A stretch of 64,000 bases of DNA from Bacteroidaceae bacterium. Lineage in GTDB: Bacteria; Bacteroidota; Bacteroidia; Bacteroidales; Bacteroidaceae. The position numbers and the translations under genes were made by a program. This document shows positions 38,609 through 46,898 of the stretch, one piece after another. Within the stretch, counting starts at the first letter, position 1, and each line of letters begins with the position of its first letter. The stretch is from NCBI GenBank assembly GCA_024398475.1, contig JAKSJB010000005.1, positions 2,182 to 66,181 on the forward strand, in the 5' to 3' direction. The notes beneath the pieces were generated by a model. It had not been told where the DNA came from. It saw only the letters and a list, made by a program, of their open reading frames with translations, and did no database searches.

Positions 38609-39100
38609 ATGCAAGATCAAATAAAAAAACAAATTAGAGGATTCATCGATCATTATATAAACGTAGAAGGATTGCCTTACCCTCAAAATGGGAGTTTAGA
38701 GAGGTTTAACTTATGGCATTTTGCTCATGTTTTTGAGGAAAAAATGGAAGTTCGATTAAATGACAGTCAACTGCAGAGGTGTAAGACTGTGGAGAATTTG
38801 GTACAAATGTGTTATTCTGTAGTAATTCTTTCTTCAAAAACTAGTATTGGTAGTTTGACGAAAGAATCATCAAAAAAGGAAAAAACAAAAGAGCAAGACC
38901 GCAGTTCTAATTCAAAGGAAAAAAAATCAACTATCGACAATGAACAAAGCCCTATTACAGATTCAGAAGACGATAAATGTGATATAGATTCCACACTCAA
39001 TGTTTTAAGGGCAAAAGCAAATGAAACAAAATCAGATATTTACGCAAGAATATTTAATAACACTAAAACAAAACGTAATGGACATTTTAAAAGATTTTAA
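38609..39100 (+). CDS. 163-aa protein: possible carrier-protein-like N-domain plus Lys/Ser/Glu-rich tail
   Basis: The N-terminal ~70 aa are patterned like an ACP/PCP (GSLERFNLWHFAHVFEEKMEVRLNDSQLQRCKTVENLVQMC versus DSLDTVELVMALEEEF..I......TV...I.Y). The rest is low complexity. It overlaps the next gene. Confidence 0.5.
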   Translation: MQDQIKKQIRGFIDHYINVEGLPYPQNGSLERFNLWHFAHVFEEKMEVRLNDSQLQRCKTVENLVQMCYSVVILSSKTSIGSLTKESSKKEKTKEQDRSSNSKEKKSTIDNEQSPITDSEDDKCDIDSTLNVLRAKANETKSDIYARIFNNTKTKRNGHFKRF

Positions 39101-40790
39101 TCAGCGCATTCAAAAAGCTGACGAATTGGTAACGTCTGTCTTACCAACCGGAGAAGTTTTGAACGACCTTTCCTTGAAAAAGGATGAAGCCTCAAAGACT
39201 TTAGAGAGAAACAAAGAAGTAAAAATCCCTTTTATAGGTGATTTCTCTGCAGGAAAGAGTTCACTTCTTAATGCATTCATGGGAGTAGATTTACTGCCGA
39301 CAAATCTTACACCAGAAACAGCTGTCTCATACCAGTTGTACTATGACACAAGAGAGCATCTCGTCATCGTACGTGGTGATGGTTCCACTGAAGAGGCTCC
39401 TGTTGATGCTATCAAATCGTTGAAACTTACCCCCAACGATATGGTGAATGTGTACGTAAACAATGACAAAATTCGAGAGCTCAATGCTCGAGGAATCGTC
39501 CTTGTTGATATGCCTGGAATTGATTCTGGCATCGAAGCACATAACAATGCCATCACCAAGTATTTGCAGGAAGGAACGATCTTCGTTATCGTCGCTGATG
39601 CCGAACAAGGTACACTTAGAAACAGTGCAATATCTTTCATTCGTGAAATTAAGCAATATAGTCTTTCCGCTGCAGTCTTAATCAACAAGGCCGACAAGAA
39701 GTCGCAGTCTGATATGCAGCAAAACATCCTGCCACACATCACAGATCAAGCAAAACGCTATATTGGCGAAGGAACCTTTGTAGGTGTAACATCTGCTTCA
39801 ACCAAAGAAACAGGAGCCGTTTCTATCATTCTGAATGATGTTGATGTAGAGTCTGCGATTAAGCAACGTTGCTCTGGTGCTGTTAATGGATACATCAACG
39901 ATGATATTACTGCTGTACAGACTAGAATTACCATAATCAACACCGGCAAAGACGAGTATGCAGAGAAGTTGGAACAACTTAAGAATGGTCGTGACAAAGC
40001 ATTGCGAAAACTGAAGGAACTCGATGAAAACGCACAACCTGTTGCTGACTCCGCACAGGATATTCTTGATGATGTCAGCAATGCTTTGAATGCACGCTCT
40101 TCTTCTCTGGCCAATCTCCTTTTCAGTAGCAACAATAACATGAATATGTTTAATGCCGAACTCCTGAATATCATTCGTCCGGTTATGCTGAACGCTTTCA
40201 AACGTGAGTTGACAGAGTATAGCACTGTTATAGGAGGGGCTGTCCAGGGCTTTGCAGTAGATGTTAATGACATATTGGCTGACAAGAACAACAAACCGTT
40301 GGATTACGCAAAAGAAATGGCGGGCAACATGTTTGGAGGCAAGGCTCTTGAAAACATGCTCAATGCTGGTATGAAAAAGTTAATGGAGCGCTGGGCTGAG
40401 AAGAAAGGACTTGTCACCCTTTTGGGCTGTCTCTCCAAAGTTATTGGTCCGGTAGCAACAATCATAGTCAACCTCATTCCAGACATTCTCTCCTTTATCT
40501 TTGGAAAGAGCCGTGAAGAAAAAGTGGAAGAAATACGCGCAAAACTCTCATCGGGCGTATTTGACCGTATTGTCGAAGGTTTACGTCCACAAGTAGTACA
40601 GATGCTTGCCGAGCAACGTACAAATGCTATGTCTGAAGCAGAAAAACTTGTAAACGAAGAAATTAAAAATTTCGATGCAGCCATCGAACAAGCCCAAAAT
40701 GAGCAGGAAAAGAATGCTCAGGAACGTGAGGTTGAAACAGGCAAACTTGTTCAAACTGTTCAAGAATTGCAAGCACTTCTAATAGCATAA
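39021..40790 (+). CDS. dynamin-like GTPase 1 (589 aa)
   Basis: G1 is GDFSAGKSSLLNA (39237-39260 plus following codons), G3 is DMPG and G4 is NKAD. A long helical region follows, and a hydrophobic segment LVTLLGCLSKVIGPVATIIVNLIPDILSFIFG lies near the C-terminus. An alternative start at ATG 39078 is possible. Confidence 0.85.
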   Translation: MKQNQIFTQEYLITLKQNVMDILKDFNQRIQKADELVTSVLPTGEVLNDLSLKKDEASKTLERNKEVKIPFIGDFSAGKSSLLNAFMGVDLLPTNLTPETAVSYQLYYDTREHLVIVRGDGSTEEAPVDAIKSLKLTPNDMVNVYVNNDKIRELNARGIVLVDMPGIDSGIEAHNNAITKYLQEGTIFVIVADAEQGTLRNSAISFIREIKQYSLSAAVLINKADKKSQSDMQQNILPHITDQAKRYIGEGTFVGVTSASTKETGAVSIILNDVDVESAIKQRCSGAVNGYINDDITAVQTRITIINTGKDEYAEKLEQLKNGRDKALRKLKELDENAQPVADSAQDILDDVSNALNARSSSLANLLFSSNNNMNMFNAELLNIIRPVMLNAFKRELTEYSTVIGGAVQGFAVDVNDILADKNNKPLDYAKEMAGNMFGGKALENMLNAGMKKLMERWAEKKGLVTLLGCLSKVIGPVATIIVNLIPDILSFIFGKSREEKVEEIRAKLSSGVFDRIVEGLRPQVVQMLAEQRTNAMSEAEKLVNEEIKNFDAAIEQAQNEQEKNAQEREVETGKLVQTVQELQALLIA

Positions 40791-40808
40791 AATAGAAGAC
40801 CGTCCAAT

Positions 40809-42491
40809 ATGAAACTGGATAACTTAAAGCAACAGTATAAAAATACAGGTCGCAAAAGTACTTCCGATATATTGAAAGTTGATAGATATGAGAATCCACA
40901 AGAGGCGTTGAATCTTGTGGCTCATATCTGTACAGCTGCGGCTGATATTGACCTTAGTGGTTGCACAGAATCTTTCTACAACATGCTCGGCAAAATACAA
41001 GATCTCTTTGAAGAAAAGAATTTTACGTTTGCAAACAAAGATTTCTTTGAAGACTGTGAGAATGTTGTTGCCGACATGGAAGATAGTGACGCGCGAATGA
41101 CTTTAACTATAGGCGTTGCTGGTGGATATAGTTCGGGAAAATCTTCATTTCTGAATGCACTTACAAATCTGGGGGACTTGTTACCAACAGGCATTGATCC
41201 CGTGTCTATTGTTAATACAGAAATTAACTGTAACCCTGATGCCACGCAAATCTCTGTCAGAGGGTGTAACATTAAGAATGATATCGTTTTACTTGACAAA
41301 GAAATTTTGGGCTGTATAAAACATTCTTCTAAGACAAAGGTGTTCTTGACTTCTGTTTTGAACAAGCTTACTCTTGATATTCCAGCTCCTGATTATCTTT
41401 GTAATGTTTGCTTTATAGATACTCCTGGGTACAATAATTCTAGTGCGGCAAATAAAGAAAATGGTGTGACAGATAAAGATACTGCACTTGAAGCAGTCAA
41501 ACGTGCTGATGCCGTCTTATGGTGTATAGATAGCGAAATAAGCACCATTACTGATACAGATTTTCAAATGCTTAAGACTTTAGATGTACCATATATTATC
41601 ATCTTTACAAAAAGTGACAAGAAGAGCAAAGATGAAATTTTGCACATTATGAGAGAAGCAGAGAAGGTCTGCAAGAAAAATATTGCCAGTAATTTACCTT
41701 ATGCCATAGTTGCCGCAACTTGTGCTTCCGGTAAAATAGAGTCAACGACGTTGGATGGTAAAGATTTATCACAGATATTAAGGCAATTAAAGAAAAAATG
41801 TGGCACTCATGATCTTCTTCAGTATTGCTGCAATAGAATAGAAGATTTGTTTACAGCGGAAATTCTTGTTTCAGAAGTAAAAATCAATGCCAATGAACGA
41901 CTTCGACAGAAATTGATTGAAAAGAAGAAAAGAGTCAATGGAGAAGAATTGGAAGAATTGGAAGACGAAACGGATCAAGTCAGAAGCACCATTAAAACAG
42001 AAAAAGACTTTTGTCATTTACTAAATGAGAAAAAAACTTTGATTCTACAGGAGGTCAAAGTTGCATGTACCGAGAGTTTGAAGGTGGTTAAACGTGTACT
42101 TGGTACACTTCAGCATCTAGACCATACCGAAGATAAAGATATATTTTCTGCTATTAGTGCTGATAACATGGGACGTTTTCTTGCTTGTTTCAGTACAGGA
42201 GTCGATATGACTTCGCTAAATAGAGACAAATATACTCCGATGACAGCAGCTGTTGCAAGTGGGAACAACGAAATGGTAAAGTTCTTAATCGAACACAATG
42301 TAGGAATTGACATACTTCGCGAAAAAGACGGAAGAGGATATAATGCTTTTGAAACAGCAGTGATGAATCATTATAAAGATATTTGTTCTCTACTTCTAAA
42401 TGCAGACCCGCAACTTCCTCGTTTTAGCCGTCCTGTTGTTGAATTGTCTCGTATGAATAACTTTGAACAATGGATAAAACAATATTCTTAA
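40809..42491 (+). CDS. dynamin-like GTPase 2 fused to C-terminal ankyrin repeats (560 aa)
   Basis: G1 is GGYSSGKSSFLNA (41112-41144), G3 is DTPG and G4 is TKSD. The C-terminus has ANK-like repeats (TPMTAAVASGNNEMVKFLIEHNVGID; GYNAFETAVMNHYKDICSLLLNADP) at about 42225-42420. Confidence 0.85.
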   Translation: MKLDNLKQQYKNTGRKSTSDILKVDRYENPQEALNLVAHICTAAADIDLSGCTESFYNMLGKIQDLFEEKNFTFANKDFFEDCENVVADMEDSDARMTLTIGVAGGYSSGKSSFLNALTNLGDLLPTGIDPVSIVNTEINCNPDATQISVRGCNIKNDIVLLDKEILGCIKHSSKTKVFLTSVLNKLTLDIPAPDYLCNVCFIDTPGYNNSSAANKENGVTDKDTALEAVKRADAVLWCIDSEISTITDTDFQMLKTLDVPYIIIFTKSDKKSKDEILHIMREAEKVCKKNIASNLPYAIVAATCASGKIESTTLDGKDLSQILRQLKKKCGTHDLLQYCCNRIEDLFTAEILVSEVKINANERLRQKLIEKKKRVNGEELEELEDETDQVRSTIKTEKDFCHLLNEKKTLILQEVKVACTESLKVVKRVLGTLQHLDHTEDKDIFSAISADNMGRFLACFSTGVDMTSLNRDKYTPMTAAVASGNNEMVKFLIEHNVGIDILREKDGRGYNAFETAVMNHYKDICSLLLNADPQLPRFSRPVVELSRMNNFEQWIKQYS

Positions 42492-42492
42492 C

Positions 42493-44691
42493 ATGAAGAT
42501 AACTAAAAAAAACTACAAAACTGCCTTCGAAAAATTATCATCGTTAATTGAAGGTATTCCGACTTCTGATAACTCAGAAATAAACGACGCCAAAAAGCGC
42601 ATCTCCGATGAATTGAGTAATCAGCGTAGCGGATGTGAAGAACTATTGCGTACCAATGACATACTTCGTATAGGTGTTGTTGGTCAGGTTAAAGCAGGCA
42701 AATCCTCCTTCTTGAATTCATTGATATTTGGAGGCGAAAATGTTCTTCCTCGGGCATCAACCCCTATGACGGCAGGTTTAACCATATTACAGTACGGGGA
42801 GGAAAACTCTTTTGATGTTGAGTATTACAATTCCTTGGAATGGCAATCATTCAAAGACAAGGATATTGAATACGCAAAGCATATAGCTGACGCACGTGCT
42901 GAGAATCCGGAGGCGACTGAAGATGAGTTGGCTAAAGAAATTGATAATGCTCTTCTTGCAGCGCATGAGCTGGTGTCTAAATGCAGCCGAAAGGCTGAAA
43001 GTTGTGTGCAGAAAGAATCGAAACATGACATACATCCTTTTAAAAGCATCTCAGAACTTCAAGATGTGTTGGAAACATATGTCGGTGCTGAAGGTGTTTA
43101 TACACCTATTGTTAAAAGTCTGACTATAAATATCCACGACGAAAGACTTAATGGTGTTCAAGTGATAGACACTCCAGGAGTAAATGACCCTGTAGTTTCG
43201 CGTGAACAGAGAACACGTGAATGTCTTCGTGGATGCCATGGTGTTTTCCTACTCAGCTATTCTGGACGTTTCTTTGATCAGGTGGATGTCTCGTTTCTTG
43301 TAAACCGCATTGGCGAGCAGGGCATTGGTACTATTGTAGTAATTGCAAGCAAATTTGATTCTGTTCTCCAGGATGTTGGTAACAAATTCCATGATGACTT
43401 ATATGGAGCTATATTAGATTGCCAACGCAGTCTTCGTGGTCAAATGGAACGCAATTTGGCTTCTTCTGAGTTTAGAGGTAGCAATCCAGAACTCGATTTC
43501 AGTTCAGGTATCGGTTTCTCTATATCGCATAAGGAAGAAAATCGACTTGACGATACGGAACGCAATGTTGTTGAACAGATGAGAAGATTCTTTCCAACTT
43601 TCTTTAGTAATAGCGCAGATTGTAAAGAAAATTTCAACATGTTGTCTTCTATTGATGACATTCGTGAAAATTATTTACAGAAGACTTTTATTGACAATAA
43701 AGAGAAAATCATTGCTAAAAAACTGCAAGATTACTTTGTCGGTTCAACAGCTAACATTAGAAAGATTGTTGAATCTAGACGTGAACGTTTGCAGCAGATG
43801 TTATCAGCGCTCAACGAAAATGATATTAAAGACTTAAAAAATCAACGTAAGCAATATCTTGACATCGTGGTCAATATAAGCAGTGACATAGAAAGTGTTG
43901 TTAAGCGTGCAGAACAACGTGCAGAGCAATCCGTAAAGAAAGCCCTTAATGGTTATTCTTTCAATGTGAGCAGAGTACCGACTACCTCAAAAACAGCATA
44001 TTGTAATCGAATATCAACATTATGGCGAAACAATAAGAGTTTTAGTGTAGATTACGAAGTCGTTGATATAAACAAACTCGCAACCAATCTTGAAGATGGA
44101 TTTAAGAGAGAACTAGAAAGGATAAATTCACTTTGGGAGAAAGAAAGTTCAGAAATTATTCAGCTTATTAAAGATACTATAGGAGATCTTATTGCAGAAA
44201 GGGAATCTGTTGACAAAGAAGGTAAACTGAATGTGCGTTTGTTGCGCAATATACTAAATGAAACCATTGATTCCATGCAAAATGGAACGACTCTGGACTT
44301 CTTTGAAGCCCAAGATAAATTTAATGAGGCTGTCACTTCTTGTCTTCAGGGACAAGATACCGTTAAAACATCATTCGGTCGCATGGAAGAGAATGCTGCC
44401 AAAAACGAAGTTCTTAAATCTGCGACAAATATAAAAGAACAGGTACAAAAATCCGTTTATTCTCTGCTAGATTCTATGCATACCGAAGTGCAGAAAGTTG
44501 TAAAGAAAGGAAGAGAAGATTGTTTGGCTGTCCTAACTGATAATAAAGAGATGTTTATTAGCACGATTAAAGACAGTATAACATCTTATTTAGATGAGCT
44601 TGAAGTTAGTCTCCAAAATAAGGAGATGAATATTTCGACTCTAAATGAAGCTATCAAACATCTAAAAGAATTGGAGAACGTCTTAAAATGA
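42493..44691 (+). CDS. dynamin-like GTPase 3 (732 aa)
   Basis: G1 is GQVKAGKSSFLNS (42682-42705 plus following codons), G3 is DTPG and G4 is SKFD. It has a helical C-terminal region of over 400 aa. Its start is 1 nt after the upstream stop. Confidence 0.85.
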   Translation: MKITKKNYKTAFEKLSSLIEGIPTSDNSEINDAKKRISDELSNQRSGCEELLRTNDILRIGVVGQVKAGKSSFLNSLIFGGENVLPRASTPMTAGLTILQYGEENSFDVEYYNSLEWQSFKDKDIEYAKHIADARAENPEATEDELAKEIDNALLAAHELVSKCSRKAESCVQKESKHDIHPFKSISELQDVLETYVGAEGVYTPIVKSLTINIHDERLNGVQVIDTPGVNDPVVSREQRTRECLRGCHGVFLLSYSGRFFDQVDVSFLVNRIGEQGIGTIVVIASKFDSVLQDVGNKFHDDLYGAILDCQRSLRGQMERNLASSEFRGSNPELDFSSGIGFSISHKEENRLDDTERNVVEQMRRFFPTFFSNSADCKENFNMLSSIDDIRENYLQKTFIDNKEKIIAKKLQDYFVGSTANIRKIVESRRERLQQMLSALNENDIKDLKNQRKQYLDIVVNISSDIESVVKRAEQRAEQSVKKALNGYSFNVSRVPTTSKTAYCNRISTLWRNNKSFSVDYEVVDINKLATNLEDGFKRELERINSLWEKESSEIIQLIKDTIGDLIAERESVDKEGKLNVRLLRNILNETIDSMQNGTTLDFFEAQDKFNEAVTSCLQGQDTVKTSFGRMEENAAKNEVLKSATNIKEQVQKSVYSLLDSMHTEVQKVVKKGREDCLAVLTDNKEMFISTIKDSITSYLDELEVSLQNKEMNISTLNEAIKHLKELENVLK

Positions 44692-45368
44692 AAAATGTAG
44701 TTGAAACAGCAAACAGTCTTTTGATTGAAAAAAGAGACGCTCTAGTTGATGAAGTTAAAGATAAGTTTTCATCAATAATAATTCCTTCGGAGAGCGAAAT
44801 AGATCAGGAAACCATGCATCCATGCATTTCTTCCCCTAAGACTGCATATTGGTCTATAGGAGGCGGTGTTGCACTACTTGCATTAGGTGCAAATATTGAC
44901 CATGGGAAGGTTTTGTCAATCGGGGTTGGAGTAGGAGCTATCATATTTGGTGCATTTAAGTTGTTTCATACAAGAGCCGATCAGAATGAGATTAACCAAA
45001 ATATCAAGCAAGTTGATATTAATCTTATAATGAGAAAAATAAATGACAACTATAATGAATTATATAGTTCTATTATGAACGAATGGGATGATGGCTTAAA
45101 TACAATCAAAGAGCAGGTTGTGTCATTGATAAACAATCTCTCACTTGACTCATCTATGCGTTCAAAAGCAATGAATGTTATTCGTTCTCGCTCCATAATC
45201 GAAGTTTCCACTCTTGATTTGCTTAACGACTTAAATCAAGCTGGTAGAGGAACTGGGTTGAATGCTTTACAGAATCAAGTGTCAATTGCAGAAAATGTAT
45301 TCATCCAAGCAATTAATACTGCTTGCCAAAAGCAGATGGACACGTATAATAGTTTGATGTCGATATAA
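44688..45368 (+). CDS. two-TM hairpin membrane protein (226 aa)
   Basis: It makes an ATGA start/stop overlap with the preceding GTPase gene. Two hydrophobic segments (YWSIGGGVALLALGANI and VLSIGVGVGAIIFGAFKLF) are separated by a short loop and flanked by helical regions. Confidence 0.7.
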   Translation: MKNVVETANSLLIEKRDALVDEVKDKFSSIIIPSESEIDQETMHPCISSPKTAYWSIGGGVALLALGANIDHGKVLSIGVGVGAIIFGAFKLFHTRADQNEINQNIKQVDINLIMRKINDNYNELYSSIMNEWDDGLNTIKEQVVSLINNLSLDSSMRSKAMNVIRSRSIIEVSTLDLLNDLNQAGRGTGLNALQNQVSIAENVFIQAINTACQKQMDTYNSLMSI

Positions 45369-45373
45369 ATTCT

Positions 45374-45820
45374 GTGCAAACCAAAATACAGCCTATGCAA
45401 CTATTAATTCCTTTTACAGAATCTACGGACTTGATCAAGACTAAGAGCGGGCAGAATATAAACCTGAGTACAGTTGACGGGAAAACGGTAAAGGTGGGGT
45501 ATCGGATTCAGAAACGGATTCCTATACTTGGTGATATTTCCAAGGAGTTTTCGCTAAATCTCACATACAAGGGATTGGTCAACGAGGTTCTGAAACTTTC
45601 ATATTCAGCTGATGCCGTTGGTATTGATTTAATCATCAAGGGATTGCTGGCTATTGTTTCGTCTCTTGTGGAACAGAAGGTGGTGGAGATTGGTGAGAAC
45701 AATCTATTGTTGGTTCATCTGGACAAAATTGAAAACGTACACAAGGCATTGCAGCAGATTGATGTGGAAGATATACGATTCCAAGAAGGTATGGCTGTAG
45801 CTGACTTTCATATAAAATGA
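45374..45820 (+). CDS. hypothetical protein (148 aa from GTG 45374, 141 aa from ATG 45395), last gene of the AT-rich operon
   Basis: It starts 5 nt after the upstream stop, and its composition matches the operon. No motif was recognised. Confidence 0.6.
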   Translation: MQTKIQPMQLLIPFTESTDLIKTKSGQNINLSTVDGKTVKVGYRIQKRIPILGDISKEFSLNLTYKGLVNEVLKLSYSADAVGIDLIIKGLLAIVSSLVEQKVVEIGENNLLLVHLDKIENVHKALQQIDVEDIRFQEGMAVADFHIK

Positions 45821-45868
45821 TACAGTCGTAATGACGAATCAAGTATCAATTCTCAATCAGCATAGCTT

Positions 45869-46274
45869 ATGCAGAAGACAACGCTTGAATTTTCACATAA
45901 TGCCCGTACAACTTATACGGCGGTAAAGAATCTGTTCAGGAAGCACACTAAGTTCAGTAGTGTGAAGACGAATGACGAGTTGTTTATTGTTGAAGCGCGT
46001 CATGGAGCATGGATCTCTCCATTCAGAAGAATCAGTAAAGATGAAGGTGGCGGCTACAAGTTCCACGACCTGCAAGGTTGTTGTGGAGTCCTCTTCACGT
46101 TCATGGCTCAACCTTTTGAATTTCGGTGCCAACAAGAGTAACATCTCCGACCTTAGCGACTAAATCAGCAATGAGGTATATAAGTTGATGCAACCTGGGG
46201 AGATTCCCATGAGCAATCAGGGAAACGACCATTCCACAATAAGGATTGTGCCACCTGAAATCAGATATAAATAA
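45869..46274 (+). pseudogene. possible decayed gene (frameshift near 46025 and in-frame TAA at 46161)
   Basis: ORF 45869-46141 and ORF 45972-46163 join sensibly at ...EARHGAWISPF / (S)EESVKMKVAATSSTTCKVVVESSSRSWLNLLNFGANK... The second frame stays open for 36 more codons after its TAA. Confidence 0.35.
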
Positions 46275-46306
46275 AGATGTCTAACTCATAAAAACAAAAT
46301 TCAATT

Positions 46307-46891
46307 ATGTATCCATTGACATTTCAGCCTTTTGTAGGTCGGGATTATAGTTCCGGCGGTATGTTCGGCAAACGAATATTGGTGTTGGGGGACAGTCATT
46401 ATGGTTCTGTTCCCGAACCAACCATTACTCGGGATGTAATCGGATGGTATCTGGATGATAGTGTGGAACGCGAGGGGTGGATGAATACTTTCCTGAAATT
46501 TGAACGTTCACTGGTGGGACATGAGACTGACCGGACAGAGACAAGTCGTATATGGAACTCGTTATTGTTCTACAACTACCTGCAGGTATTGTTGTCTGGT
46601 CCGCGTGAAGCAGGTACAGACAAGCAGTATGCGGATTCAGCGGATGCATTCTTTGAGGTGATTGACCAGTATAAGCCAGAAGTTATCATCGTCTGGGGAA
46701 AGCGCGTCTGGCAGCACCTTCCGTGGAATGGATGGTGCGAGGGAAATCCTCTGACCGTTGACGGATATGATGTGGATAACGGGACATATACACGTCGTGA
46801 TGGAGGCAAGGTCAAGGTGGTGTGTGTGTACCATCCGTCTGTAGGTTATTCCTGGGATTATTGGTACAAAGTGATAAGTTTATTCATATAA
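46307..46891 (+). CDS. hypothetical protein (194 aa), possibly UDG-fold
   Basis: The order and spacing of ILVLGDSHYG, FYNYLQ, VIIVWGK and VYHPS resemble the motif layout of the uracil-DNA glycosylase superfamily. This is weak and by eye. Confidence 0.55.
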   Translation: MYPLTFQPFVGRDYSSGGMFGKRILVLGDSHYGSVPEPTITRDVIGWYLDDSVEREGWMNTFLKFERSLVGHETDRTETSRIWNSLLFYNYLQVLLSGPREAGTDKQYADSADAFFEVIDQYKPEVIIVWGKRVWQHLPWNGWCEGNPLTVDGYDVDNGTYTRRDGGKVKVVCVYHPSVGYSWDYWYKVISLFI

Positions 46892-46898
46892 TGCCAAA

